Shown here: one piece after another, positions 1 to 9,958 of the stretch
How the letters are laid out: every line of letters starts with the position of its first letter
Numbering within the stretch: the first letter of the stretch is position 1
From: an uncultured Thermoleophilaceae bacterium
GTDB taxonomy: Bacteria; Actinomycetota; Thermoleophilia; Solirubrobacterales; Thermoleophilaceae
Direction of reading: 5' to 3'
Length of the DNA: 64,000 nucleotides
Assembly (NCBI GenBank): GCA_963771715.1
Contig: CAVYUQ010000018.1
Location: 60,438-124,437, forward strand
Notes under the pieces: generated by a model
The model's input: only the letters and a program-made list of their open reading frames with translations
The model's database searches: none
What the model was told of the DNA's origin: nothing
Program-made: the position numbers and the translations under genes

Positions 1-650
1 TGGCTGGCGCCGATGGAGGAGCCGGTGCCGCTGCTGCTCGCCGGGGTCGGGCTGGGCGCCGTGCTGCTGGCCGGCGCGTACGCGCTCGGCACGGTCAACC
101 GGGTCCGCGAGGGCGGCTGGCGCTGGCGCTCTACGCGCCCGTCCGGCATCGCCGGGTGCGCCCTGTTCCTGGCCGCGGGCCTGGCCGCTGCGCGGCTGGT
201 ATCTCGTCGCCTGGGATGGCTCACGGCCGGTCGCGCGTCGGTGCTCGCGCGTCGGTCGGGCTCGCGCTCGCGTTCGCCGGGCTGCTGGCCGAGGCGCGGC
301 GGCGGGGCGCCGGCATCGTGCAGGCCGTGGTCGAGACTCTTCGACGTGGTGATCCGGCTCGGCGCGAACGTGGTGTCCTTCGCCCGGCTGGCCGCGTTCG
401 GGCTGACCCACGCGGCGCTCGGCGGGATCGTCTGGAGCGGCCACGGTCGGCCTGTGGCGCACGGGGTCGGCGGGGCGGTCGCCGGCGCAGTCGTCGTGTT
501 CGTGGTCGGCAACGCCGCTCGCCTTCGCCCTGGAGGCGCTCGTCGCCGGGGTACAGGCGCTGCGCCTGGAGTACTACGAGCTGTTCTCGCGGGTCTTCCA
601 GCCGGAGGGCCGGCCGTTCCGGCCGTGGCACGTGCCCGACGTCGACCACG
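1..650 (+). pseudogene. V/A-type ATP synthase subunit I, C-terminal part (5' end outside window), frame-broken
   Basis: Frame 1 (ORF 13..990) reads [29 protein letters not shown]. The continuation [33 protein letters not shown] lies in frame 2 from about 530, so there is at least one frameshift. Confidence 0.6.
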
Positions 651-824
651 ATCGGAGGAGTGCCATGCTCGCGTGGCTGATCGCACTTGCCGGCACTGGT
701 CGGGCGCATGCGCTGCCGTCCTCGCTGTGCTGCGCCGGTCGAGGTCGCGACCGGCATCCGGCTGCTGGCGGTGGCTCGACGTCGCGATCCTGCTCGCCGC
801 CGCGCGTGACGGCGGTGGCGCTGA

Positions 825-1097
<273 letters not shown>

Positions 1098-1118
1098 CCA
1101 CCGTGAGCCCGGATCGCG

Positions 1119-1330
1119 GTGATCGGTGAGAAGGTGCGCGTGCAGGGCTACGGGCTGGCCGGTGCGCTGGTCCGTCGTCGCCGAGGACCCGGCCGCCGTG
1201 CGGCGGCGTGGCACGCGCTGCCCGCCGACGTCGGCGTGGTCGATCCTGACCGGCCGCGCGCGGCCGGCGCGATCGCCGGGCGGCCGCGGACGCGGGACGG
1301 CGCGCGGTTGATCGGTGGTGATGCCGTCAT
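1119..1330 (+). pseudogene. V/A-type ATP synthase subunit F-like, frame-broken
   Basis: KVRVQGYGLAGALV (ORF 1119..) and EDPAAVR...PTSAWSILTGRA (ORF 1126..) are split over two frames. Position in the operon fits subunit F. Confidence 0.35.
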
Positions 1331-1863
1331 GACCGGACGTACCGGCGGAGGCCATCGACGGCCGCGCTCGCGCCGAGTCCGGGAGGCGTTGCTGGCGGCC
1401 GCCCGCAGCGCGGCCGAGCGCGTCGATGCCGCGGTCGCGCGCCGGCGCCGGACGCGTGGCCGCGGCCGCGCAGCGCGAGGCCAGAGGCGCACTCCGTGGC
1501 CGACGCCCGGCGTCCGGATGCCGCGGCCGCGCAAGCGGCGGCCGTCGACGCCGGCGCACGCCGGCGGAGGCCCGCGGCGGTGATGCTGCGCGCCCGGCGG
1601 GAGGCGTACGACGAGCTGCGCGGCGCGAGGCCCGCACGGCGGTCGCGCGCGCTGCGCGACGAACCCGGGTACGCGGCCGTGCGTAGCCGCCTTGCCGACC
1701 ACGCGCGCCGCCTGCTCGGACCCGACGCCGGCATCGGCGACGCGGACGCGGCGGGGTCGTCGCCGTCGCGGCTGGACGACGCGGTCGACCTGTCGCTGCG
1801 ACCGGCGTTCGCCGACCGTGCCGCGGACATGGTTGCCGCGGAACTGGATGGACCGGTGCATGA
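1329..1863 (+). pseudogene. V/A-type ATP synthase subunit E-like (Ala/Arg-rich coiled coil), frame-broken
   Basis: ATG at 1329. REALLAAARSAAERVDAAVA... then, in another frame, [14 protein letters not shown]...[26 protein letters not shown]...[24 protein letters not shown] at 1861-1863 lies just before the atpA ATG. Confidence 0.45.
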
Positions 1864-1877
1864 TCGGACCGGACGCG

Positions 1878-3599
1878 ATGAGCACGGTCCTGCGGGTCAA
1901 CGGGCCACTGGTCGAGGTGCCGGCCGGTCCGGCATGGCCATGGCCGACCTGGTGGAGGTCGGCGTCCGCGCGGCTGCCGGCCGAGGTGGTCGCCTGCGCC
2001 CGGACCGGGTCACGCTCCAGGCCTACGAGTACACCGGGGCCTGGCTCCCGGCGATCCGGTCGCCGCGCTGGGTCGGCCGCTCGCCGCGCGGCTCGGACCG
2101 GGCCTGCTCGGCGGCGTCTTCGACGGACTGCTGCGGCCACTGGGCGGTGCCGCCACCTGGCTCACGCCGGGCACCCGCGCGACGGCCGACGACCGCGACA
2201 TGGTGCGTTCCAGCCGAGCCGCGGCACCGGGCCTGAGACTGGCCCGGGCGACCTGCTGGGCACGGTCACCGACGCGGGACCGGTGCCGCATCGGGTGCTG
2301 GTGCCACCCGGCGTCGGCGGCCGCGTGGATCGGATACGCCCCGCCGGCGCGCTACCGCGCCGACGAACCGGTCGCCACCGTCGGCGGTGTCGACATCTCG
2401 CTGGCCAGCTGGTGGCCGGTGCGGCACGCGCCGGCCGTACGCGCGAGCGCCGGCACGACGCGACCCCGCTGCTGACCGGCCAGCGGGTGCTCGACGCTGC
2501 CTACCCGGTGACCAAGGGCGGCACCGCGGCCGTGCCGGGTGGGTTCGGCACCGGCAAGACCGTGCTGCTGCAGCAGATCGCCAAATGGTGCGACGCCGAC
2601 GTGATCGTCTACGTCGGCTGCGGCGAGCGGGGCAACGAGATGGCCGACGTCGTCGGCGGAGCTGTCCGAGCTGGCCGATCCCCGCACCGGCGGGCGGCTC
2701 GCCGACCGGACGGTCGATCATCGCGAACACGTCGAACATGCCGATCATGGCCCGGGAGGCGAGCATCTACACCGGCGTCACGGTCGCCGAGTACTACCGC
2801 GACATGGGTCACGACGCGGTGGTCATCGCCGACTCGACCTCGCGCTGGGCGGAGGCGCTGCGCGAGTTCGCCTCCCGCACCGGGGCGCTGCCGGCCGAGG
2901 AGGGCTACCCGGCCGGGCTGGCCTCGGCGCTGGCCGCGTTCTACGAGCGCGCCGGCGAGGTGTCGACGCTCGGCGGCGGCGACCGGCTCGGTCACCATCG
3001 TCGGCGCCGTCTCGCCGCCCGGCGGCAGACATGACCGAGCCGGTCACCGCGCACACCCAGCGGTTCGTCCGTACACTGTGGACACTCGACCGCGACCTGG
3101 CCTACGCCCGGCACTACCCCGCGGTGGCGTGGACCGGCTCGTACTGCCGGGACGCCGACGCCGTCGGCGCCTGGTACGCCGCGCACGGCGACCCCGGCTG
3201 GGCCGGCCGCCGGGCCCGGGTCGTCGGCCATGCTCGCCGAGGCCGACCGGCTCGGCCGCGCTCGCGGAGCTGGTCGGCGTCGGCGTCGCTGCCCGGCCAC
3301 GAGCGGTGGTCATGCTGGCCGGGCGGCTGCTGCGCGAGGGCGTCCTGCAGCAGAGCGCCCTGTCGGCCACCGACGCCTACTGCTCGCCCGGGAAAACGGC
3401 CGCGCTCGTCGACGTCACCTGCTCGAGGTGATGGACCGCTGCGAGCGGCTCGTCGAGGACGGCGTGCTGGCCACCGCGGTCGAGGAGTTCGACTTCTCGC
3501 CGGTGCTGCGTGCCCGCGAGGAGCACCGGCCCGGACGACGCCGACGGCGTCCGCCGCCAGGGCGCGGACATGCTCCGACGGCTGGAGGGCGTAACATGA
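1878..3599 (+). pseudogene. atpA: V/A-type ATP synthase catalytic subunit A, multiple frameshifts
   Basis: [14 protein letters not shown] at 1878. Walker A context [62 protein letters not shown] (ORF 1692..3431). [79 protein letters not shown] is in a second frame (2387..3034). [34 protein letters not shown] is in a third (3031..). At least 5 frame changes. The stop TGA at 3597-3599 overlaps the atpB ATG. Confidence 0.85.
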
Positions 3600-4050
3600 T
3601 CCCGCGTCGAGTACACCGGCGTCACCGAGGTGCGGGGCCCGCTGCTCGTCGTGCGGGGCGTATCCGGGGTCGGCTGGGACGAGTTCGCCCGCATCCGTAC
3701 GCCTCCGGCGGCACGCGCCACGGCCTTGTGCTGGAGGTCGACCGGGACCTCGCCGTGGTGCAGGTGCTGGAGGGCACCGCCGGTATCGACGCCCGACGGC
3801 ACCGCGGTCGCGTTCGACGGCAGCCCGCTGCGGATCCCGGTCGGGCCGGGGTGGCTGGGCCGGGTCTGCAACGGCCGCGGCGAGCCGCTCGACGGCGGTC
3901 CGCCGATCCTCGCCGCGCAGACCGCCCCGGTCAGCGGATATCCGCTGAACCCGACGTGGCGTGAACCCCCGGCCGAGCCGGTCCTGACCGGGGTATCGGC
4001 CATCGACGGACTGACCACCCTGGTACGGGGCCAGAAGCTGCCGATCTTCC
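3596..4050 (+). pseudogene. atpB: V/A-type ATP synthase subunit B, N-terminal ~150 aa only, frame-broken and truncated at a junction
   Basis: [24 protein letters not shown] / [27 protein letters not shown] / [32 protein letters not shown]...[40 protein letters not shown] alternates between two frames. The Walker region and the rest of the protein are missing. Confidence 0.75.
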
Positions 4051-4529
4051 GCGAGGGCGGCAGCGTGACGGCCGGGAACGCGTCGCAGATCAACGACGGC
4101 GCGGCCTGTGTGGTGGTGGCGAGCGAGGAGCGCGCCCGCGAGCTCGGCCGCGAGCCGCTGGCGCGCATCGTGAGCAGCGCCTCGGCGGGCGTCGACCCGG
4201 CCGTGATGGGCATCGGACCAGTCCCGTCCACCCGCAGGGCGCTGGAGCGCGCCGGCCTCGAGCCGACGGACATCGACCTCGTGGAGCTGAACGAGGCCTT
4301 CGCCTCGCAGGTGCTCGCCTCGATGCGCGAGCTCGGCTTCGACCACGAGCGCCTGAACGTGAACGGCGGCGCGATCGCCCTCGGCCACCCGCTCGGCTGC
4401 TCGGGCGCGCGCCTGGTCGGCACGCTCGCCCACGAGCTGCGCCGCCGCGGCGCCCGCTACGGCGTGGCGACGATGTGCATCGGCGTGGGCCAGGGCCTCG
4501 CCGCGGTGATCGAGAACCCCGCGGCCTGA
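4051..4529 (+). pseudogene. acetyl-CoA acetyltransferase (thiolase), C-terminal ~155 aa fragment fused in frame to the atpB fragment
   Basis: [31 protein letters not shown]...[10 protein letters not shown]...[57 protein letters not shown] (ORF 3630..4529). About 240 N-terminal residues, including the active-site Cys, are absent. Confidence 0.85.
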
Positions 4530-4545
4530 GCGAGGAGAACGACAA

Positions 4546-4569
4546 CGGCCGCGCCCTGGGGCGCGGCCG
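4546..4569. terminator. GC hairpin between convergent genes (10-bp stem CGGCCGCGCC/GGCGCGGCCG, 4-nt loop)
   Basis: Perfect inverted repeat at 4546-4555 / 4560-4569. It lies 17 nt after the thiolase stop and 30 nt after the stop of the minus-strand repeat protein. There is no clear U-tract. Confidence 0.45.
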
Positions 4570-4598
4570 CTGCTGCCTTCAGCGCTGTCGTCGGCTGA

Positions 4599-5236
4599 CT
4601 AGCCGCGGCTGCGGTCGCCCGGGCCGTCGCTCGTGGCCTGCGAGCGGTTGCTCACCGACGCGCCGTGGCTCGAGTCGGTGTTGCCGCCGTTGTCGTTCGA
4701 GTTCGAGTCGTCGGACTGCTGGGCCTTGCTCGAGTCGGACGCGCCGTTGCCGTTGTCGTCCGAGTTCGAGTCGGTCACCTGCTGGCCGTGGCTCGAGTCG
4801 GTCCCACCGTTGCCGTTCTGGTCCGAGTTCGAGTCGTCGTCCTTGACGCGCTGCTCGCCCTGGTGGGTGCTCGAGTCCTGTCGCCGTCGCCGTTGTCATC
4901 GGACTCCGACTCCTGGCCCGCGGTCGTGGCGTCGTCGGTGTCGGTCTCGTCGTCGTCACCGCCGCCGCCGGGGCCCGAGTTGTCCTCGTCGTCGTCGCTG
5001 CTGCTCTTGCCGGTGGCGGCGACCGCCTTGCCGAGCAGAGCCTGGTCGATGTCGAATGCGGCCATCGCGAACAGCGACGTCCCCGAGAACAGCACGAACG
5101 CCACGAACAGCGTCAGCAGGCGGCGTGTGAGCGAGAGCTGGTCCCCGAGCAGGTCGTCGGGGCCCTCAGAGACGCGTAGATAAGCATGGGCTGGGTGCAT
5201 GTGTCGATTCATCGGCGACTCCCGGTCGAAGTTCAA
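4599..5236 (-). pseudogene. secreted/anchored acidic Asp/Ser/Asn/Gly-rich repeat protein (one frameshift near 4875)
   Basis: ORF 4775..5236 gives a signal/anchor segment RRLLTLFVAFVLFSGTSLFAMA, then SSSDDDEDNSGPGGGGDDDETDTDD...SESDDNGDGD. My manual translation of the next frame continues DSSTHQGEQRVKDDDSNSDQNGNGGTDSSHGQQVTDSNSDDNGNGASDSSKAQQSDDSNSNDNGGNTDSSHG... to a TAG at 4599-4601. Confidence 0.5.
4668..4880. repeat. imperfect 60-78 bp tandem repeats (units begin GCTCGAGTCGG at 4668, 4728, 4791; GCTCGAGTCC at 4869)
   Basis: Read directly in the sequence. They encode the DSS..QQ..DSNSD.NGNG.. repeats of the minus-strand acidic protein. Confidence 0.7.
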
Positions 5237-5269
5237 CTCAGAGCCTGAAACACGACAAATGGCGAAAAC

Positions 5270-6170
5270 TCACGCCAACTTGGCGCCTCTGCGGCCGAGC
5301 AGCAGCTTCGCGGGCAGCTCCGCGACGAGCGGCTGGAGCAGCGTCGCGAGCTCGGCGGCCGTCGGCCGCTTGGCCGGGTCCTTCTCCAGGCAGGCGAGAA
5401 TCGCGTCCGAGAGCGCGGCCGGCACCGGGCGCGGCCACGGCCGCGGCTCGTCCTCCAGCTGCGGGAAGCGGTCCTCGAGCGGAGCGTCCTCCTCGCGCGA
5501 GCGCGGCCGGCGGAAGGGAGTCTTCCCCGCCACGGCGTGGTAGAGCGTGGCGCCGAGCCCCCAGACGTCGGAGGGCGGGCCCACGTCGCCGCGCGGGTTG
5601 CACTGCTCCGGCGGCATGTAGGCGTTCGTGCCGATGTAGTCCGTCAGCCGCCTGGCCCGCTCGATCGTGCGCGCGAGGCTCAGGTCGATCACGCGCGGCG
5701 GGATGCCCATCACGAGGTTGTCCGGCTTCAGGTCGAGGTGCACCCAGCCCTCCTCGGCCATGTAGTGGATGACGGAGGCCACGTGCAGCCCGAGCGGGAG
5801 CGTCTGCTCGACGCGGCAGCGCGCCGCCCCGCTTGATCAGCCGCCGCAGCGTGGGGCCCTCGAGGTGCTCGACCACCACGTGCGGGTGCGCGCCCTCGAT
5901 GTGCGAGTCGAACGCCCGCAGCAGCACCGGGTGGGCGAGCGCCTCGAGCGCCTCCATCTCGCGCCGCAGCCCGCGCAGCGCGTACTCCTCCTCGACGAGA
6001 TCCGGGCGCAGCACCTTGGCGACCATGACGCTGAAGAGGCGCTCGTCCCAGACCAGGTAGACCTCGTAGCGGTTGCCCCCGCCGATGGCCTTCAGGCTCG
6101 TTCGGCCGGGGGCGATCTCGTGCCCCTCGGGGAAGTCCCATGACTCTTTGTCGGACACGATCTCCCGCAT
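5270..6170 (-). pseudogene. Ser/Thr protein kinase, kinase domain only (~300 aa), one frameshift near 5812
   Basis: N-lobe MREIVSDKESWDFPEGHEIAPGRTSLKAIGGGNRYEVYLVWDERLFSVMVAKVLRPD...VVEHLEGPTLRRLIKRGGA (ORF 5238..6335 from Met56). C-lobe ASVIHYMAEEGWVHLDLKPDNLVM...DLSLAR...GTNAYMPPEQ...SDVWGLGATLYHAVAGKTPF (ORF 5270..5782). Confidence 0.8.
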
Positions 6171-6189
6171 CTTGCAGAATCCGGAACAC

Positions 6190-7349
6190 ATGATCGACTT
6201 CGAACTCACTGACGAGCAGAAACTGATCCGCGAAACGGCGCGCGAATTCAGCGACAAGGAGATCGCTCCGCGAGCCCGCGAGAACGACCGCAACGAGCAT
6301 TTCGACACCGAGCTGGTCCAGAAGATGGCCGACATGGGCTTCCTCGGCGCGATCGTCCCCGAGGAGTACGGCGGCCGCGGCGCGGACTACATGACCTATG
6401 GCCTGATCGTCGAGGAGATCGGCCGCAACGACTCCGCGATGCGGACCGTGGTCTCGGTGGTGACCTCGCTCGTCTGCTCGTCGATCGTCCGCTGGGGGAC
6501 CGAGGAGCAGAAGCAGCGCTGGCTGCCGGACCTCTGCTCCGGGCGAGCCTGGGCTGCTTCGGGCTCACGGAGCCCGACACGGGCTCCGACGCCGCCAACC
6601 TGAAGACGCGCGCCGAGAAGATCGACGGCGGCTGGCGCATCAACGGCGGCAAGATGTGGATCTCGCTCGGGAACTACGCGGGCCTGGCGATGATCTTCGC
6701 CCAGACCGACCCCGAGAAGCAGCACAAGGGCCTCGCCTGCTTCCTGGTGCCGACCGACTCGGACGGCTTCTCCTCGCAGGAGATCCACGGCAAGCTCGGG
6801 CTGAAGGGCTCGGACACCGCGGAGCTCTCGCTCGACGGCGTGGAGGTCTCAGACGACGCGCTCATGGGCGAGATCGGCGACGGGTTCAAGATCGCGATGT
6901 CCGCGCTCGACTCCGGCCGCTACAGCGTGGCGGCCGGCTGCGTGGGGATCTGCCAGGCGTCGCTCGACGCGTCCGTGGCGTACGCCAAGGAGCGCACGCA
7001 GTTCGACCGCCCGATCGCCTCGTTCCAGCTCGTGCAGGAGATGATCGCCGACATGGTCGTGCAGACCGACGCGGCGCGCGGCCTCGTGTGGCGGGCGGGC
7101 TGGCTGAAGGACCAGGGCAAGCCCAACACCACGGAGACCTCGATCGCGAAGCTGTACGCGACCGAGGCGGCGGTCAATTGCGCGAACAACGCGATCCAGG
7201 TGCACGGCGGCTCGGGCTACGTGGACGACTACCCGGTGGAGCGCTACCTGCGCGACGCGCGCGTCACGACTCTCTACGAGGGCACGTCCCAGATCCAGAA
7301 GCTGATCATCGGGCGCGCGGTCACCGGCGAGAACGCGATGGTGCGGTAA
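6190..7349 (+). pseudogene. acyl-CoA dehydrogenase, one frameshift near 6547
   Basis: MIDFELTDEQKLIRETAREFSDKEIAPRARENDRNEHFD...GAIVPEEYGG (ORF 6073..6603). Then ...MWISLGNYAGLAMIFAQTD...GSDTAELSLDGVEV...YAKERTQFDRPIASFQLVQEMIADM...IQVHGGSGYVDDYPVERYLRDARVTTLYEGTSQIQKLIIGR (ORF 6654..7349). LGCFGLTEPDTGSDAANLKT is visible across the break. Confidence 0.9.
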
Positions 7350-7351
7350 CG

Positions 7352-8120
7352 ATGGCCACCGTCGCCGCCGAGACGCGCGGCGCCGTCGGCCTGGCCCGCC
7401 TCGACCGCCCGGAGGCGCGCAACGCGCTCTCGCCCGAGCTGATGGAGGAGCTGGCCTCGATCTGCGAGCGCTGGGACGACGACTCGGACGTCCGCTGCAT
7501 CGTCATCGCCGGCGGCGACGACTGGTTCGCCGCGGGCGCCGACATCAAGGCGATGGCGAAGCGGACCTTCGCCGAGGCGCTCACCTCGCCGGCCGCCCGC
7601 TTCTGGCCGCGGCTCGGCGCCCTCCGCACGCCGCTCGTGGCCGCGGTCTCGGGCTACGCGCTCGGCGGCGGCTGCGAGCTCGCGCTGGCCTGCGACATGA
7701 TCGTGGCCTCCGAGACGCGCCGAGTTCGGCCAGCCGGAGATCCTGCTCGGGATCATCCCGGGCGGCGGCGGCACGCAGCGGCTCGCGCGCGTGATGGGCA
7801 AGCAGCGCGCGATGGAGCTCGTGCTCACCGGCCGCCGGATAGACGCGGCGGAGGCGCACCAGCTCGGCATCGTCACCCAGCTGGCGCCCGAGGACGGCTG
7901 GCTGGACGCGGCGCTCGACCTGGCGGCGCGGATCGCCGAGCGCCCGCCCCTCGCCGTCCGGCTGGCTAAGCAGGCCGTGCTGGCGGCCGAGGAGACAGCG
8001 CTGTCGGCCGGCCTCGACCACGAGCGGCGGCTGTACGAGCTGGCGATGGCCACCGAAGACCGCGTGGAGGGCATGAACGCGTTCGTGGAGAAGCGCAAGC
8101 CGGAGTTCCGCGGGCGGTGA
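7352..8120 (+). pseudogene. enoyl-CoA hydratase (crotonase family), one frameshift near 7721
   Basis: MATVAAETRGAVGLARLDRPEARNALS...VIAGGDDWFAAGADIKAM...AAVSGYALGGGCELALACDMIVASE. After the break: FGQPEILLGIIPGGGGTQRLARVMGKQRAMELVLTGRRIDAAEAHQLGIV...EGMNAFVEKRKPEFRGR (ORF 7791..8120). Confidence 0.85.
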
Positions 8121-9641
8121 CGGTGCTCGGGGTCGTCGGCGCCGGGACGATGGGCGCCGGGATCGCGCAGCTCGGCGCGGCCGCGGGCATGCGGACGCTG
8201 CTGCACGACCCCGTTCCCGAGGCGCTCGAGCGCGGCGCCGAGAGCGCCCGCCGAGGTCTCGCGAAGTGGGCCGAGAAGGGGCGGCGTGGGCGAGGACGCG
8301 GCCGAGCTGCTCGAGCCCGTGGCATCGCTCGACGAGCTGGCGCCCTGCGACCTCGTGATCGAGGCCGCGCCCGAGCGGCCCGAGCTGAAGCGGGACCTGT
8401 TCGGTGCGCTGTCGCTTGTCTGCGGCGACGACGTCGTGCTGGCCACGAACACCTCTTCGATCCCCGTGACCTCGCTTGCCGGGCGCCGCGGCGAGGCCCG
8501 AGAACGTGGTCGGAATGCACTTCTTCAACCCGCCGCCGCTGATGCCGCTGCTGGAGGTGATCCGAGCCGAGCAGACGTCGGACGAGACGCTGGGGCTCGC
8601 GCAGGAGGTGGGCGCGGCGATGGGCAAGGAGGTCATCGTCGTCGCCGACGGGCCCGGGCTTCCTCGTGAACCGCTGCGGGCGCCCGTTCGGCGGCGAGGG
8701 GCTGCGGCTGCTTCAGGAGCGGATCGCCACGCACGAGCAGATCGACCGCATCTGCCGGCTGGGCGGCGGCTTCCGCATGGGGCCGTTCGAGCTGATGGAC
8801 CTGGTGGGGATCGACGTGGGCTTCGAGGTCGCGCAGTCGTTCGACGAGCTCTCGTTCGGCGAGCCGCGCTGGCGGCCGAGCCCGATCCAGGCGCGCATGG
8901 TGGCCGCCGGCCGGCTCGGGCGGAAGAGCGGCCGCGGCTGCTACGAGTATGCGGAGGACGGCTCGTACCGGCCGGACGACCCCGAGCCGCCGGCCCCCGG
9001 CGGCGGTGACGGGATGGCCGTCGCGCTGCTCGGAGAGGGCGCCGCTCGCGGACGCCCTGCGCGAGCGCGCCCGCGCCGCCGGGTACGAGCTGCGCGCGGG
9101 CGGCCCGGCGGAGCTCGTCGTGGATGCGGGCGTCGACCGGGGCGACCCGCTCGCCCGGCGGAGCGCCCGCTGGTTGCGCTGTGCGCCGGGAGCAGTCTCG
9201 CCGAGCGTGGCGAGCCGGCGCCGTCGGCTTCCACCTGCTGCCGCCGCTCGACGAGGCGAAGCTGGTGGAGCTGACGCGACTCCCGACCACGCCGTCGTTC
9301 GCCTGCGAGGCGGCCGAGCGCTTCTTCGCGCACGCTGGGCTTCGTGGCGGAGTGGGTCGAGGACGCGCCCGGCCTCGTGCTCGGGCGCATCGTCGGCCAG
9401 CTCGTGAACGAGGCGGCCTTCGCGATCGGCGAGGGGGTGGGCTCGCCCGACGACGTGGACACCGGGCTGACGCTCGGCCTCTCGCACCCGCGCGGGCCGG
9501 TGGCCTGGAGCGAGGCGATCGGGCTGGACGCACGTGCTCGCGCTGCTCGACGCGCTCTGGGACGAGCGCCACGAGGAGCGCTACCGGGCCGCCCCGCTGC
9601 TCCGGCGCGCCGCGACGCTCGGGCGTAGCCTTCGCGACTGA
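8117..9641 (+). pseudogene. 3-hydroxyacyl-CoA dehydrogenase (long form with duplicated C-terminal domain), at least 5 frameshifts
   Basis: GTG at 8117 overlaps the upstream TGA. Fragments in different frames: MTVLGVVGAGTMGAGIAQL... / DLVIEAAPERPELKRDLFGAL...LATNTSSIPVTSLAG / ENVVGMHFFNPPPLMPLLEVIRAEQTSDETL / NRCGRPFGGEGLRLLQERIATHEQIDRICRLGGGFRMGPFELMDLVGIDV / VEDAPGLVLGRIVGQLVNEAAFAIGEGVGSPDDVDTGLTLGLSHPRGPVAWSEAIGLD. Confidence 0.8.
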
Positions 9642-9958
9642 TGGCCACCGCCGACCTGACAGTCCTCGCGCTCGGGCGCCAGGGCGCGAGCGCCAGCGAG
9701 TACATCGCGGAGATCCAGCGCCGCCTGCGCAAGCAGGAGCGCGTGCGCTTCCGGATGCACGCGATGGGCACCTCCCTCGAGGGGAGCACCGAGGACATCC
9801 TCGCGGTCGTGGGCGAGCTGCACGCGGTCCCATTCGACCAGGGCGTGCCGCGCGTCTACACCGTCCTCAAGCTCGACGAGCGCCGCGACCGTCCCGGCCA
9901 GACGCTCGACGACAAGGTGCGCAGCGTCGAGGAGCGCCTCGGCGGCGACGTGGCCTAG
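9641..9958 (+). CDS. MTH1187/YkoF-like (DUF77) small ligand-binding protein
   Basis: Intact 105-aa ORF MATADLTVLALGRQGASASEYIAEIQRRLRKQERVRFRMHAMGTSLEGSTEDILAVVGELHAVPFDQGVPRVYTVLKLDERRD. The ATG overlaps the upstream TGA (TGATG). Confidence 0.7.
   Translation: MATADLTVLALGRQGASASEYIAEIQRRLRKQERVRFRMHAMGTSLEGSTEDILAVVGELHAVPFDQGVPRVYTVLKLDERRDRPGQTLDDKVRSVEERLGGDVA

Noticed and set aside
1878-3599. Programmed ribosomal frameshifting or recoding as the explanation for the frame changes in atpA and elsewhere.
   Set aside because: There are far too many breaks per gene, in both directions, and I noticed no recurring slippery-site context. Indels, whether real or artefactual, are the economical explanation.
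4633-5183. Plus-strand ORFs 4633..5130 and 4665..5183 (165-172 aa).
   Set aside because: They are antisense to the acidic repeat protein and have a repetitive Ser/Val/Arg composition dictated by the repeat. The minus strand offers a signal peptide and a coherent repeat protein.
7581-9833. Long antisense or off-frame ORFs throughout the window: 7581..9833 (-), 12154..14205 (+), 22455..24815 (+), 25151..27355 (-), 29301..31481 (+), 46082..48268 (-), 61760..63793 (-), 3114..4433 (-).
   Set aside because: They have typical high-GC shadow-ORF composition (Arg/Ala/Gly/Pro dominated) and no recognisable motifs. Each is fully covered by a motif-bearing gene on the other strand or frame.
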